A DNA stretch of 64,000 nucleotides, taken from assembly GCA_002365175.1 (NCBI GenBank), contig DEZK01000016.1, positions 1,352 to 65,351 of the forward strand, in the 5' to 3' direction. Under the pieces are notes generated by a model. It was not told where the DNA came from, did no database searches, and was given only the letters and a program-made list of their open reading frames with translations. Positions 31,084-40,522 of this stretch are shown here, in pieces. Position 1 is the first letter of the stretch. The number at the start of each line of letters is the position of its first letter. Made by a program: the position numbers and the translations under genes. The DNA is from Candidatus Raskinella chloraquaticus (GTDB lineage Bacteria; Pseudomonadota; Alphaproteobacteria; Rhizobiales; UBA4765).

Positions 31084-31313
31084 GTTCTGGTCCTCAGGTT
31101 GGGCCAGAACGAACTTCAAACCGGATTAAGCTCCGGGGGCAACGTCATAGATGGCCCCAGCTGAGGTGCCTTGTTTTTTTGGCAGCAATGAAATGGCGCA
31201 CCCGACCTGGAGGGAGGTACTCCAGCTCGACAAGCGCTAACCCGGAGCAACCGGATTGCAATCAAACCGCAATAATTGCCATCCATATGCTTTGACGACA
31301 AATGGGGGCATTC

Positions 31314-32159
31314 ATGAAATTCATCCACCTGACCGATACACATCTCGTGCAGCCCGGTAAAAAGCTCTATGGGCTCGATCCACAAGCCCGGCTTGCTGCT
31401 GCGGTCGATGACATCAATGCCAATCATGCTGATGCTGTGCAGGTTGTGGTCACGGGTGATCTCACCCATTGGGGTGAGCCGGAAGCTTACGAGCTCTTTC
31501 GCGAAACCATGAGCAAGCTTAACCTTCCCTATGTGGTGCTGGTTGGAAACCATGACAGGCGGGGACCTTGCCTCGCGGCCCTGAATGCCGCGCCCCGCGA
31601 CAAAAATGGCTTCGTGCAGGGAACATTTGATCATCCTCAGGCACGCTTCGTCTTTCTTGATACACTGAATGAACAGAGCCATGCCGGGCAGATGTGCGAC
31701 ACGCGGCTGTCATGGCTTGCCGACACGCTTGCGGCGATGCCAGCAGACCGAGATTTGTGCCTTTTCATGCACCATCCGCCTTTTGCTATCGGCATTCACG
31801 ATATGGACCGCATCTCGCTTGCAGAGAACCACCAGTTCCAAGAGGTGATCACGCCTGTGATGGGGCGCATCAGGCATCTTTTCTTCGGCCATCTGCATCG
31901 TCCCGTTTCTGGCAGCTGGCTTGGTATCCCCTTCTCGACGTTACGCGGCACCAGCCATCAGGTGTGGTTCGACATGCGTCCTGATTGCCCGCATCTCGCA
32001 AGCCATGAGCCGCCTGCTTATGGGGTGGTTCTGATGCGCGCGGAGGGAATGGTTGTTCACACTCATGATTTCCTTGATCAAAGCCCGCGCGTGCCTTTTT
32101 CAAAGCCTGGGCAGGATGATCGCGCCTATCAGTTGGGTCCGGTTGAAGCTGTGAACTGA
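31314..32159 (+). CDS. Metallophosphoesterase, GpdQ/CpdA-like phosphodiesterase
   Basis: DTH, TGD, GNHD, MHHPP, GHLH calcineurin-like motifs. Confidence 0.92.
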   Translation: MKFIHLTDTHLVQPGKKLYGLDPQARLAAAVDDINANHADAVQVVVTGDLTHWGEPEAYELFRETMSKLNLPYVVLVGNHDRRGPCLAALNAAPRDKNGFVQGTFDHPQARFVFLDTLNEQSHAGQMCDTRLSWLADTLAAMPADRDLCLFMHHPPFAIGIHDMDRISLAENHQFQEVITPVMGRIRHLFFGHLHRPVSGSWLGIPFSTLRGTSHQVWFDMRPDCPHLASHEPPAYGVVLMRAEGMVVHTHDFLDQSPRVPFSKPGQDDRAYQLGPVEAVN

Positions 32160-32166
32160 CATCAAG

Positions 32167-32208
32167 CCGTCACTGATCGTTCACGGCAGTGCAACAGGAA
32201 GCTGTCAC
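32167..32208 (+). promoter_or_regulatory. Possible degenerate Pho box repeats upstream of the permeases
   Basis: CCGTCAC, CGTTCAC, GTGCAAC at 11-bp spacing plus CTGTCAC at 32202; resembles CTGTCAT-N4 repeats. Confidence 0.3.
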
Positions 32209-32237
32209 GACCTGATCAGGTTTTGGGGGCTCTGCAC

Positions 32238-33188
32238 ATGCAGAATTTGGGCTTGACCGATAGGCGTCAGCTATCTCCTGCCGCCAGGATTCATAGTGAG
32301 GCAGCCGCCGGTCCTTCGAGCCAATGGCTGCTTGCCCTCCTGCTGCTCGTCCCTTCGCTGTTGTTGCTGGCGCTGTTCACTTACGGGCCGCTGATCCAGC
32401 TTGCCTGGGACAGCCTGCTGGTGCGCACCAGCACCCGCGCTGCCCCAAGCTTTGCCGGCCTTGCCAATTACCGTGCGGTCCTGAACGATCCGTCCTTTGC
32501 CAAGGCCCTTTGGAACAATCTGCTTTTTGCCATTGGAACGCTGGTTCCAAGCCTTGTTCTGGCACTGTTTCTTGCCATGTGCATTGCTCGGTCCTCGCGC
32601 CTCAATAGCGGGCTTCGCGCGATGCTGTTCTTCCCGGTTCTGGTGCCGCTGGTTGCTGCGGCCTCGCTTTTTCTCTTTATCTTTCTGCCGGGTGTGGGCC
32701 TTCTTGACTACTACCTAGGCCGACTGATTGCGCGCCCGCCCAACTGGCTTGGCGACCCCGACATCGCGCTTTGGGCGATTGCCGGCGTCACCATCTGGAA
32801 AAATGCCGGCTATTACATGCTATTTTTTTTAGCCGGCTTACAATCCGTTCCTCCGGAAGCCTATGATGCCGCCTATCTTGATGGCGCAACACCATGGCAG
32901 CGGCTGTGGATGGTCACGCTTCCGTATCTGACGCCGACAATCGCTTTCGTCTCGATCATTGCGCTGCTGAATATCGTTACCCAGGTCGACCATGTCTTTG
33001 TGCTGACCAAGGGCGGGCCATCCGAGGCAACCAACCTGCTGCTCTTCTACATCTATCAACAGGCTGTAGAGAGCTATGATATCGGCAAGGCATCAGCCGC
33101 TACCGTGCTGTCTCTGGTTGCACTTTTTGCAGTCACACTGCTTTCGCTTAGTACGCTCGAGCGCTCCTTTGGCGGGAATGAACTTTGA
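32238..33188 (+). CDS. Carbohydrate ABC permease (UgpA-like)
   Basis: FAGLANY, WKNAGYYM.FFLAGLQ, YDAAYLDGA, LTKGGP. Confidence 0.92.
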   Translation: MQNLGLTDRRQLSPAARIHSEAAAGPSSQWLLALLLLVPSLLLLALFTYGPLIQLAWDSLLVRTSTRAAPSFAGLANYRAVLNDPSFAKALWNNLLFAIGTLVPSLVLALFLAMCIARSSRLNSGLRAMLFFPVLVPLVAAASLFLFIFLPGVGLLDYYLGRLIARPPNWLGDPDIALWAIAGVTIWKNAGYYMLFFLAGLQSVPPEAYDAAYLDGATPWQRLWMVTLPYLTPTIAFVSIIALLNIVTQVDHVFVLTKGGPSEATNLLLFYIYQQAVESYDIGKASAATVLSLVALFAVTLLSLSTLERSFGGNEL

Positions 33189-34042
33189 AGCTGTTCGAAG
33201 ACGCACATCCGGCTACCCGCCACGAACTCTTGCCCAAGGCTGGGTATTTGATGACACTCGTTTTTGCGCTTGTGTGGAGTGTCCCATTCCTGTGGATGCT
33301 GGTAGCGGCCTTCCGTCCAGGCGCCTTTGGCAGCGCCGGTATGGCCTCGCTCATTCCTGATTTTGTGCCGACCTTCGCCCATTTTGCTGAAGCCTGGTTG
33401 TCGGCGGATTTCCCGCGCTACACACTGAATACGGTGATCATTGCTGGCGGCATTCTGGCCGTGCAGCTCGTTACCATTACGCTTGCGGGCTTTGCCTTCG
33501 CCCGCCTGGAATTTCCAGGCAAGCGGATCGCCTTCTATCTGTTCCTGCTGCAACTGATGCTGGTGCCGGTTGTCCTGATTGTTCCCAATCTGTCGATGAT
33601 CGTCCGGCTTGGTCTCTATGACAGCCTGATGGGTGTCATGGCTCCATATTTTGCCTCGGCCTTTGGCACTTTTCTGATGCGACAGGCATTCCGTGCCATT
33701 CCACGCGAACTAGAAGACGCAGCGCTAATCGATGGCGCCAATTGGTGGCAGCGCATCCGCTACATATACGCGCCGCTCGCGATGCCCGCATTCATTGCCT
33801 TCTCAATCGTATCAGTCACATCGCATTGGAACGAGTTTCTATGGCCGCTGATGGTCATCAACTCGCCCGATAATCGCCCTCTCACCATCGGTCTTGCGAC
33901 CTTCACGCGTGGCCAGGAGGGCGCGCAGGCATGGGGGGTGATTGCTGCCGGCACCCTCCTTGTCATCCTGCCTCTGGCAACAGGCTTCCTCCTATTCCAG
34001 CGGCGCTTCGTCAATTCCTTCATCTCATCAGGCATCAAATAG
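33185..34042 (+). CDS. Carbohydrate ABC permease (UgpE-like)
   Basis: AGFAFARL.FPGK, IPRELEDAALIDGA, WNEFLWPL. Confidence 0.92.
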   Translation: MKLFEDAHPATRHELLPKAGYLMTLVFALVWSVPFLWMLVAAFRPGAFGSAGMASLIPDFVPTFAHFAEAWLSADFPRYTLNTVIIAGGILAVQLVTITLAGFAFARLEFPGKRIAFYLFLLQLMLVPVVLIVPNLSMIVRLGLYDSLMGVMAPYFASAFGTFLMRQAFRAIPRELEDAALIDGANWWQRIRYIYAPLAMPAFIAFSIVSVTSHWNEFLWPLMVINSPDNRPLTIGLATFTRGQEGAQAWGVIAAGTLLVILPLATGFLLFQRRFVNSFISSGIK

Positions 34043-34052
34043 GAGAATGATC

Positions 34053-35375
34053 ATGCCTATCAACCGACGTATCCTTCTGGGTGGCGCTCTTGGCGTTGCA
34101 CTCTTAGCTTCCAGTGCTCAGGCCCAGTCGCCGACCGAGATTGATCTCTTTTTCCCGGTTCCGGTCGATGGCCAGCTTGCCCGCGACATGAACACGCTGA
34201 TCAAGGATTTCAATGACAAGCACCCTTCGATCAAGGCGGTGGCGGTCTTCACCGGTTCCTATGATGAGACATTGATCAAGACCCGCGCCGCCATCAAGGC
34301 AGGAAAGCCGCCCGCTGCCGTCATCATGAGCGCTAACTTCATCACCGATCTCAAGATCGAGAATGAGGCTGCAAGTCTCGACGGGCTGATCAAGGCTGAC
34401 GGCAAGACCAATGATGCGTTCATGAAGCAGTTCTGGCCAGCGCTTCGCGGCAATGCGGTACTGGATGGTCAGGTCTACGCTGTTCCTTTCCATAATTCGA
34501 CACCGCTCCTCTACATAAACGCTGATCACTTCAGGGCAGCCGGACTTGATCCCTCTAAGCCGCCACAGACATGGAGCGAATTGCTCGAAGCTGCCAAAAA
34601 ACTGACGAAGCGCGAAGGCGAAAAGGTCACGCAGTGGGGCCTGAGCATGCCCGGAAACTATGACTATCTGGGCTGGATTGTAACTGCGCTCACAATGTCG
34701 AATGGCGGTCGTTATTATAATGAGGATTTTCCCGGCGAGGTCTACTACGACACTCCGTCAATGCTCGGTGCCGTGACCTACTGGCGTGATCTTATCGAAA
34801 AATACAAGGTTGTACCGTCGGGTGTGGTTGCCGGACCTGCGGTGACCACATCGTTCCTCGCCGGGCAGACATCAATGATGTTGCTGTCAACCGGTTCGCT
34901 CACTCATATACTCAGCAATGCCAAATTCCGGGTTGAGGTTGGCTTCGTGCCGCGCAATGTGCGCCATGCGGTTGCTATTGGTGGGGCCTCGCTGATCATC
35001 CCGACCGGTGTCGAGGGTGCGCGCCGCGAGGCTGCCTGGACGCTCATCAAGTGGATGACAAATCCGGAAAAGTCGGGCTGGTGGAGCCGTGCGACGGGAT
35101 ATTTCGCGCCCAACATGGCGGCCTATGAATTGCCTGAAATGAAGGAGTATCTGGCCAAGGCGCCACAGGCCAAAGTCGCTGTGGAACAGCTTCCTTTCGC
35201 CAAGCCTTGGTTTGCGACCTATAAGACAGTTCCGGTACGCAAGGCTCTGGAGGATGAGGTGCAGGCGGTTCTTTCTGGCAAGAAGTCGCCTAAGGAAGCG
35301 CTGGCTGCAGCCCAGAAGACGGCTGACGAGATCCTCAAGCCTTATAATGCTGAGACATCGCTTCGCAATTTCTGA
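34053..35375 (+). CDS. ABC substrate-binding protein (UgpB-like)
   Basis: RR-containing signal peptide, YAVPFHNSTPLLY, PPQTWSE, IGGASL, TGY; AGGAG RBS. Confidence 0.92.
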   Translation: MPINRRILLGGALGVALLASSAQAQSPTEIDLFFPVPVDGQLARDMNTLIKDFNDKHPSIKAVAVFTGSYDETLIKTRAAIKAGKPPAAVIMSANFITDLKIENEAASLDGLIKADGKTNDAFMKQFWPALRGNAVLDGQVYAVPFHNSTPLLYINADHFRAAGLDPSKPPQTWSELLEAAKKLTKREGEKVTQWGLSMPGNYDYLGWIVTALTMSNGGRYYNEDFPGEVYYDTPSMLGAVTYWRDLIEKYKVVPSGVVAGPAVTTSFLAGQTSMMLLSTGSLTHILSNAKFRVEVGFVPRNVRHAVAIGGASLIIPTGVEGARREAAWTLIKWMTNPEKSGWWSRATGYFAPNMAAYELPEMKEYLAKAPQAKVAVEQLPFAKPWFATYKTVPVRKALEDEVQAVLSGKKSPKEALAAAQKTADEILKPYNAETSLRNF

Positions 35376-35395
35376 AGCAGTCTGATGAACCAAAA

Positions 35396-35425
35396 TCCGG
35401 CCGCGGGAACAAACCCGCGGTCGGA
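35396..35425 (+). terminator. Stem-loop terminator after ugpB-like gene
   Basis: TCCGGCCGCGGG-AACAAA-CCCGCGGTCGGA. Confidence 0.7.
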
Positions 35426-35480
35426 AAATTTGTTCTTACAGTCTCTACGGCAGGTGATCGCACAAATCGCCAGTCTCTTA

Positions 35481-35550
35481 GGGCGACGACTCATAAATCC
35501 TTGACCCAGATGCGGACGGCGACGAGCTTGAGTGCTGCCGCGTAGTTTTC
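35481..35550 (-). mobile_element. 70-bp relic of an IS5-family (IS427-group-like) right end
   Basis: Minus strand encodes ENYAAALKLVAVRIWVKDL* followed by GTCGTCGCCC-TA, a typical IS5 transposase tail and end. Confidence 0.7.
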
Positions 35551-36769
35551 CGCTCAAGTTGCGCTTGGCGAAAGCCTGACGGCGGTCGGTCAGTTGCGGT
35601 TCACACAGACCGGGCCGCGTCAGTTTTCGACCTTCACCTATGATCCGGCTTGGACAACGAATTCGCACGCCTTCGCCTTGCAACCGGACATGCCCATCGA
35701 AGGCGGTCCGTTTCATGCGTCGGCGCCATCGAACAACTCGCGTGATGCTCTCGCAGGCGTTTTCTCCGATGCCGCCCCCGACAGTTGGGGACGCAGACTG
35801 CTTGAACGCGCTTATGGTGCCGGCCTATCCGAGTTCGAATATCTGATGCTGTCCGACGATACCTGCCGCCAGGGCGCCCTGCGTTTCCTTGATGATCAGG
35901 GAAAGGTGATCATCGGCAATGCCACCGAGGCCGTGCCCCGCCTGCTCGATCTCCAAGCGATTACCGTCATCGCCCGCGCCTACGAACAGGATAAGAACAT
36001 CTCGGCACAAGACATGCAAACCCTCGCCGGAGCAGGCGGTTCTGGTGGAGCGCGCCCCAAGGCCAACGTCCGCGACGGCGACACGCTATGGCTGGCCAAA
36101 TTCACCTCCGTCCACGATCAGAGGCCCATTGAGTTGGTCGAGGTTGCAACACTTCGCCTTGCCAGGGCGTGCGGCATTCGAACCCCGGAAGTCCGGCTTG
36201 AGCTTGCTGATACGCCGTTTCCTGTCGCGCTACTCCGGCGCTTCGACCGTCGCGGCGAAGCGCGCATCCCCTATATCTCGGCTCGAACAGCACTCGGGAA
36301 GACCGGCACGGAACTCGGTTCTTACACCGAGATCGTCGATTTCATGCGGACGGTCGCCGCCGCTCCGAAAGAGGATTTTCTGGAGCTGTACCTGCGCTTA
36401 ATCTTCACGGTCCTGGTCTCCAACAAGGATGACCACCTGAAGAATCACGGCTTCCTCTATGTCGGTTCAGGGCGCTGGCGTCTGTCACCGGTATTCGATG
36501 TGAACCCCGCCCCCGATCGCAATCCGCATCTCGAAACGGCAATCCTGGAAGGTGGCAGCCATGCCCGCTCCATAACGCTTGCCCTTGAGGCCAGCGAGTT
36601 CTTCGATATCCCTGCTGCTGAAGCACGACGCCTGATCCAGGATACCGCCCGGCGCATCTCCGAGGAATGGCGCGAAGCATTCAGGCTTGTGGGCTTGACT
36701 GGCACGCTTGCCCGCGACTACGAGCCGGCCTTCGTGAACGACGAAAACGAAATCGCGCTAAGCTTATAA
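35546..36769 (+). pseudogene. hipA: HipA-family kinase toxin lacking native start codon and antitoxin
   Basis: D.APDSWGR, GSGGARPKA, RRFDR, NKDDHLKNH, LSPVFDVNP intact; frame open back to FSAQVALGESL at 35546, preceded by in-frame TAG from the IS relic. Confidence 0.75.
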
Positions 36770-36772
36770 TTA

Positions 36773-36811
36773 TCATATTTGACGCATTTTCATATTTAAA
36801 CCATCATATTT
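36773..36811. repeat. Three TCATATTT direct repeats in AT-rich patch
   Basis: Copies at 36773, 36790, 36804. Confidence 0.55.
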
Positions 36812-37111
36812 GATTAGTTATAAATTCTTGCATTGCTGCCTTGGATCGGGCTTGGCGGAGTCGTGATCAAACTGAACGCACACGAAAACCGACCGGCATG
36901 CTCATAAGATATTGGGCCGAATATTTGTGCGAGCTCATGCGCGCCCCAAATCAGGACCAGAGCAGGCTCGTTGCCGATGCCCTCATGGTACCGATCATCT
37001 ATACGGCACCCGAGCCAACACAGCTCATGGAATATGACCTTGGAGCGGTGTTCAGGATACTCCGTCGCAAGCCTGATCGGTGGAGCGAAAAATCGGTGCC
37101 TGGCGGTGCAG

Positions 37112-37187
37112 ATTTCGCACGAAAAACTGGCATTTCGCAGGAACGAAAAAGAATGAAAACGAGAACGTCATTGTGCTCATTTCGCAC
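37112..37187. repeat. Three ATTTCGCA direct repeats, candidate integrase arm-type sites
   Basis: Copies at 37112, 37132, 37179, adjacent to dusA att core. Confidence 0.65.
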
Positions 37188-37215
37188 ACGACCATCTGCA
37201 AGATATTGAAATATC

Positions 37216-37299
37216 TTATCTATCTTGCTCATCCATCATGGGGGCGACGCAAAAGCGCCAAGCGTCGCAATTATCTGATTTTTCTGCGCTTTCAATCAC
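37216..37299 (-). pseudogene. dusA: Displaced 5' fragment of tRNA-dihydrouridine synthase A / att site
   Basis: GTG start then IESAEKSDNCDAWRFCVAPMMD|EQDR*; DusA normally continues APMMDWTD. Confidence 0.8.
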
Positions 37300-37518
37300 C
37301 GGCGTACGCCCTGCCCTTGCCTGTTTCCTGTCGATGGCGATGGCGATGACCGATGCCATAACCGCGTGGGGCGCGCCATAAACAGGAGACCATCATCTGG
37401 CGATCGAAAAAGGATCAAACACACTTCACGAATCCGTGACATCATCAACAAACAATTAATATGCGTCCTTCATAAGACTGATGTTGGTTCGAGCATCATA
37501 GGGCCGGAGGACTCGCTT

Positions 37519-39591
37519 ATGAAAATTCTGCAACGATTTGGCGTCAGTGGTCGCCTGATTTCAAGCTTTGCTGCAATCGGCGTGACGCTGGCTGCCATCT
37601 GCGTGACCATTTTTGTTCAAGGTCAGGAGGTCAAGACCTCCATTGACGAGATCACCGATTTTCGCGTCCCGGTCACCATCCATCTGTCCAATCTGGCCAA
37701 ACAGATCCATGTCTCGATGGCCGACACGCAGGCAACCGTTCTGTCAGGGGATTCCTCGCATAACGAGCATCGCCTGGCGGTGTGGAAGGCCATTTCAGCC
37801 TCGGCTGCTGGTTTAGATCGTCTGGCTCCCAATTTTCGCCATCAGGATGATGCTGCAAGCTGGCGCGCCATCCGCTCTGATCTTGATCAGTTGAAATCCG
37901 TTCAGGAAAAAATCGCCGCCATCGTCGGCACGGTGGAGGCGATGCCCGCCAACCGCATGCTGAATGATGAGCTGGAGCCCCGTTTGCAGAAGCATTTCGC
38001 CGAGGCAACCGCACTGATGGAAGCGGAGACGAAGCGCGCCGACGGAACGGCGCTGCATCTGCGTTACATGGCCGATCTGCGCGCCAATACCGCCAGCTCG
38101 GCCGCCGCACTGCGTGGCTATCTGGTATCGGCATCCCCCAAGGGCCTGAAAGCCTTTGAAGACAGCTGGGCTGCGGCGACACGAGGCCGCGTTGCGTTGG
38201 AAGAAGCGGCTGGCGAACTGGTCGAGGATCAGCGGTCGAGATTACCCGCTATTGCCAGCCTGCGCGCGGAAATGCGCCAGCGCGCGGACGCGATCCTGGC
38301 GATCCGGCAGAGCGATGGCTGGAACATCCCCTTGCAATTGCTTTCCAAGGAAGCCGTTCCTCTGGCCGACAAGATCATCAATCGTCTTGAAGGCAACGGC
38401 ACCGGAATTCTGCCCCTTCAGACGGAACGTCTGAATGCGAGTGCGGTTGCCATTCAAGGCAAGTGGGATTTGATGGCGCGCATCGTGTTCGCCGTTTTGC
38501 TGTGCAGCCTGGCCCTCTCGCTGGTGATCGCACTGCTGACGACGCGCGCGATTGTGGCGCCATTGGCGCGCCTCAAAACGGTGTTTGGTGACCTGTCGGA
38601 AGGGCGATTGGATATCACTATTGCTGATCGCGAGCGCCAGGACGAAATGGGCGTGATGGCGCGGGCGCTGGAAGTCTTCCGCAGCCGGCTCAAGGAACAG
38701 AAGCTGGCGCAGGATCAGGCCCACCAGCAAGCCCAGTCGGAGCGGGCCCAACGGGTGGAAAGGCTCACGACGGATTTCGACCGCGCTGCCTCGCAGGCCG
38801 TGGAGACCGTGACGATTGCAGCCAAGCAATTGGAAGGCACCGCCGACGGGCTCAGCGCGGCTGCCACCCAGACCGACCGCGAAGCCTCGAACGTGGGTAT
38901 GGTGTCCGAGCAGGCTTCCGCCAATGTTCGCGCTATCGCTGCGGCGGCGTCGGAATTGCACAGCTCGATCAGTGAAATCGGCCACCAGGTCTCGACCGCA
39001 TCGCGGATTTCCGAAAATGCCGCCCTGCAGGCCGGGCGCGCCTCGGAGGTCGCTGGAAAATTGGCGCTGGCTGTCCAGAAGATCGGCGATGTCAGCAATC
39101 TGATCAATGGCATCGCGGCACAGACGAATCTACTCGCCTTGAACGCCACTATCGAGGCGGCGCGGGCGGGCGAGGCCGGCAAGGGGTTCGCGGTCGTGGC
39201 AAGCGAGGTCAAGGGTCTCGCCAATCAGACCGGACAGGCGACCGGCGAAATCGCCAAGCAGATCGCCGACGTGCAGGAGCAGACCAACATTGTGGTGGAA
39301 GCCATTCACAGTATCGGCAAGGTCATCGAAGAAATTGGCATGATTTCTGCCGGCATTTCCAGCGCTGTTGATAAACAATCGAGCTCCACCAGCAAGATCG
39401 CGCACAATGTCGACCAGGCAACCGCCGGCACGACCGAACTCAGCCGCAATATCGTGGGTGTTCAGCAGGCCGCCGGCCAGACGGGGTCAGCGTCCGGCGA
39501 AGTCCTCGCCGCCTCGAAGGTGCTGACCGAAGGGTCGGCAAAACTGAAGGGCATGATCGAGGAGTTTCTTGGAGCCGTCCAGGCAGCCTGA
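37519..39591 (+). CDS. Methyl-accepting chemotaxis protein with large periplasmic helical sensor and HAMP domain
   Basis: Two TM segments, [40 protein letters not shown]; GGAGG RBS. Confidence 0.95.
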   Translation: MKILQRFGVSGRLISSFAAIGVTLAAICVTIFVQGQEVKTSIDEITDFRVPVTIHLSNLAKQIHVSMADTQATVLSGDSSHNEHRLAVWKAISASAAGLDRLAPNFRHQDDAASWRAIRSDLDQLKSVQEKIAAIVGTVEAMPANRMLNDELEPRLQKHFAEATALMEAETKRADGTALHLRYMADLRANTASSAAALRGYLVSASPKGLKAFEDSWAAATRGRVALEEAAGELVEDQRSRLPAIASLRAEMRQRADAILAIRQSDGWNIPLQLLSKEAVPLADKIINRLEGNGTGILPLQTERLNASAVAIQGKWDLMARIVFAVLLCSLALSLVIALLTTRAIVAPLARLKTVFGDLSEGRLDITIADRERQDEMGVMARALEVFRSRLKEQKLAQDQAHQQAQSERAQRVERLTTDFDRAASQAVETVTIAAKQLEGTADGLSAAATQTDREASNVGMVSEQASANVRAIAAAASELHSSISEIGHQVSTASRISENAALQAGRASEVAGKLALAVQKIGDVSNLINGIAAQTNLLALNATIEAARAGEAGKGFAVVASEVKGLANQTGQATGEIAKQIADVQEQTNIVVEAIHSIGKVIEEIGMISAGISSAVDKQSSSTSKIAHNVDQATAGTTELSRNIVGVQQAAGQTGSASGEVLAASKVLTEGSAKLKGMIEEFLGAVQAA

Positions 39592-39639
39592 GCGGCTGAC
39601 ACAGGCCTTCTATGCCCGGCCAGATCGGCGCCTGCCTTA

Positions 39640-39730
39640 CATCTGCCAGGACCAGCAGCTTCATCTTGGCCTTGCGCGCGGTCGCCCGCGCCGGGGCAAG
39701 TATGGTCTGGGCAGCGCCAAGCGTCAGCAT
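39640..39730 (-). pseudogene. Possible 5' relic of a GlcG/HbpS heme-binding protein gene
   Basis: MLTLGAAQTILAPARATARKAKMKL resembles GlcG-family N-termini, then degenerates. Confidence 0.35.
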
Positions 39731-39897
39731 CGGGGTGTTTTGGTGACAGAGAGAAGTGCTGACGCCATCGATTGGGCGGGGTGGGGGAGTGTGTGTGGGG
39801 GGGAAATGTCTGTGTTCAACCCCAATGGACCGACCGCAGTCGAAAAGGAATCCAAGGCGCTCGCCTGCATCACGAGGCCCTGCAGGTATTGTCTTTC

Positions 39898-39914
39898 GTA
39901 GCGCTAAGCGCTAC
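39898..39914. promoter_or_regulatory. Palindromic operator of higBA
   Basis: GTAGCGCT-A-AGCGCTAC, perfect 8-bp arms, 9 bp upstream of higB GTG. Confidence 0.75.
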
Positions 39915-39923
39915 TCTTTGAGA

Positions 39924-40205
39924 GTGATCAAAAGCTTTGCCGACAAGCGCACTGAAGTCGCCTTCAGCGGAACCTTCGATAAGGGCTTCCCGCAGGATAT
40001 TCAGAAGCGCGCGCGCCGCAAGCTGGAGATGCTGAACGCCGCGACTGTCCTTGACGACCTGAGAAACCCGCCCGGCAATCGCCTGCACGCTTTGACGGGC
40101 GACTTCGCCGGGTTCTAAGCCATCTCGATCAACGACCAATGGCGCGTGATCTTTCGCTGGAACGGCCAGGACGCCACCGACGTCGAGATACTGGACTATC
40201 ATTAG
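39924..40205 (+). pseudogene. higB: HigB (RelE/ParE superfamily) toxin with internal ochre stop
   Basis: VIKSFADK..PPGNRLHAL.GD..GF*AISINDQWRVIFRW..DVEILDYH; TAA at 40116-40118. Confidence 0.9.
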
Positions 40206-40219
40206 GAGGGATCGAAACC

Positions 40220-40522
40220 ATGGCGACAGTTACATTGGCACCGATGCACCCCGGCGAAGTCCTTCGCGAGGAATTCATGGTGCCGCTCAACCTGACATCC
40301 TACAGCCTCGGCAAGCGCCTTGGTATTGACCGGCAGAGGATCGAACGGATCATAAAGGAGAAGGCATCCATGACGCCCGATACCGCCATTCGCCTTGCAA
40401 AGGCGTTCAGCGTGACTGCTGAGTTCTGGATGAACCTTCAGGCACGGTATGATCTCCTGACAACGTCCGAAAGACTGAAGCCGCAGATCGAACACATCAA
40501 ACCGTATCAGCTTGCCGGCTGA
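40220..40522 (+). CDS. higA: HigA antitoxin (XRE HTH)
   Basis: HPGEVLREEF..PL, AIRLAKAF, EFWMNLQARYDL; AGGAGG RBS. Confidence 0.92.
   Translation: MATVTLAPMHPGEVLREEFMVPLNLTSYSLGKRLGIDRQRIERIIKEKASMTPDTAIRLAKAFSVTAEFWMNLQARYDLLTTSERLKPQIEHIKPYQLAG

Larger units (their letters stand above)
29842..31147 (-). mobile_element. IS3-family (IS407-group) insertion sequence, 1306 bp, probably inactive
   Basis: Terminal IRs TGACGTTGTCCCCAAGTATGATCCAG / TGACGTTGCCCCCGGAGCTTAATCCGG, TG..CA ends, orfA/orfB with G GGA AAG slippery site; no target duplication. Confidence 0.93.

Noticed and set aside
36841-37209. 122-aa ORF near island end
   Set aside because: No RBS or recognisable family, and it runs across the att arm repeats; at most a gene fragment
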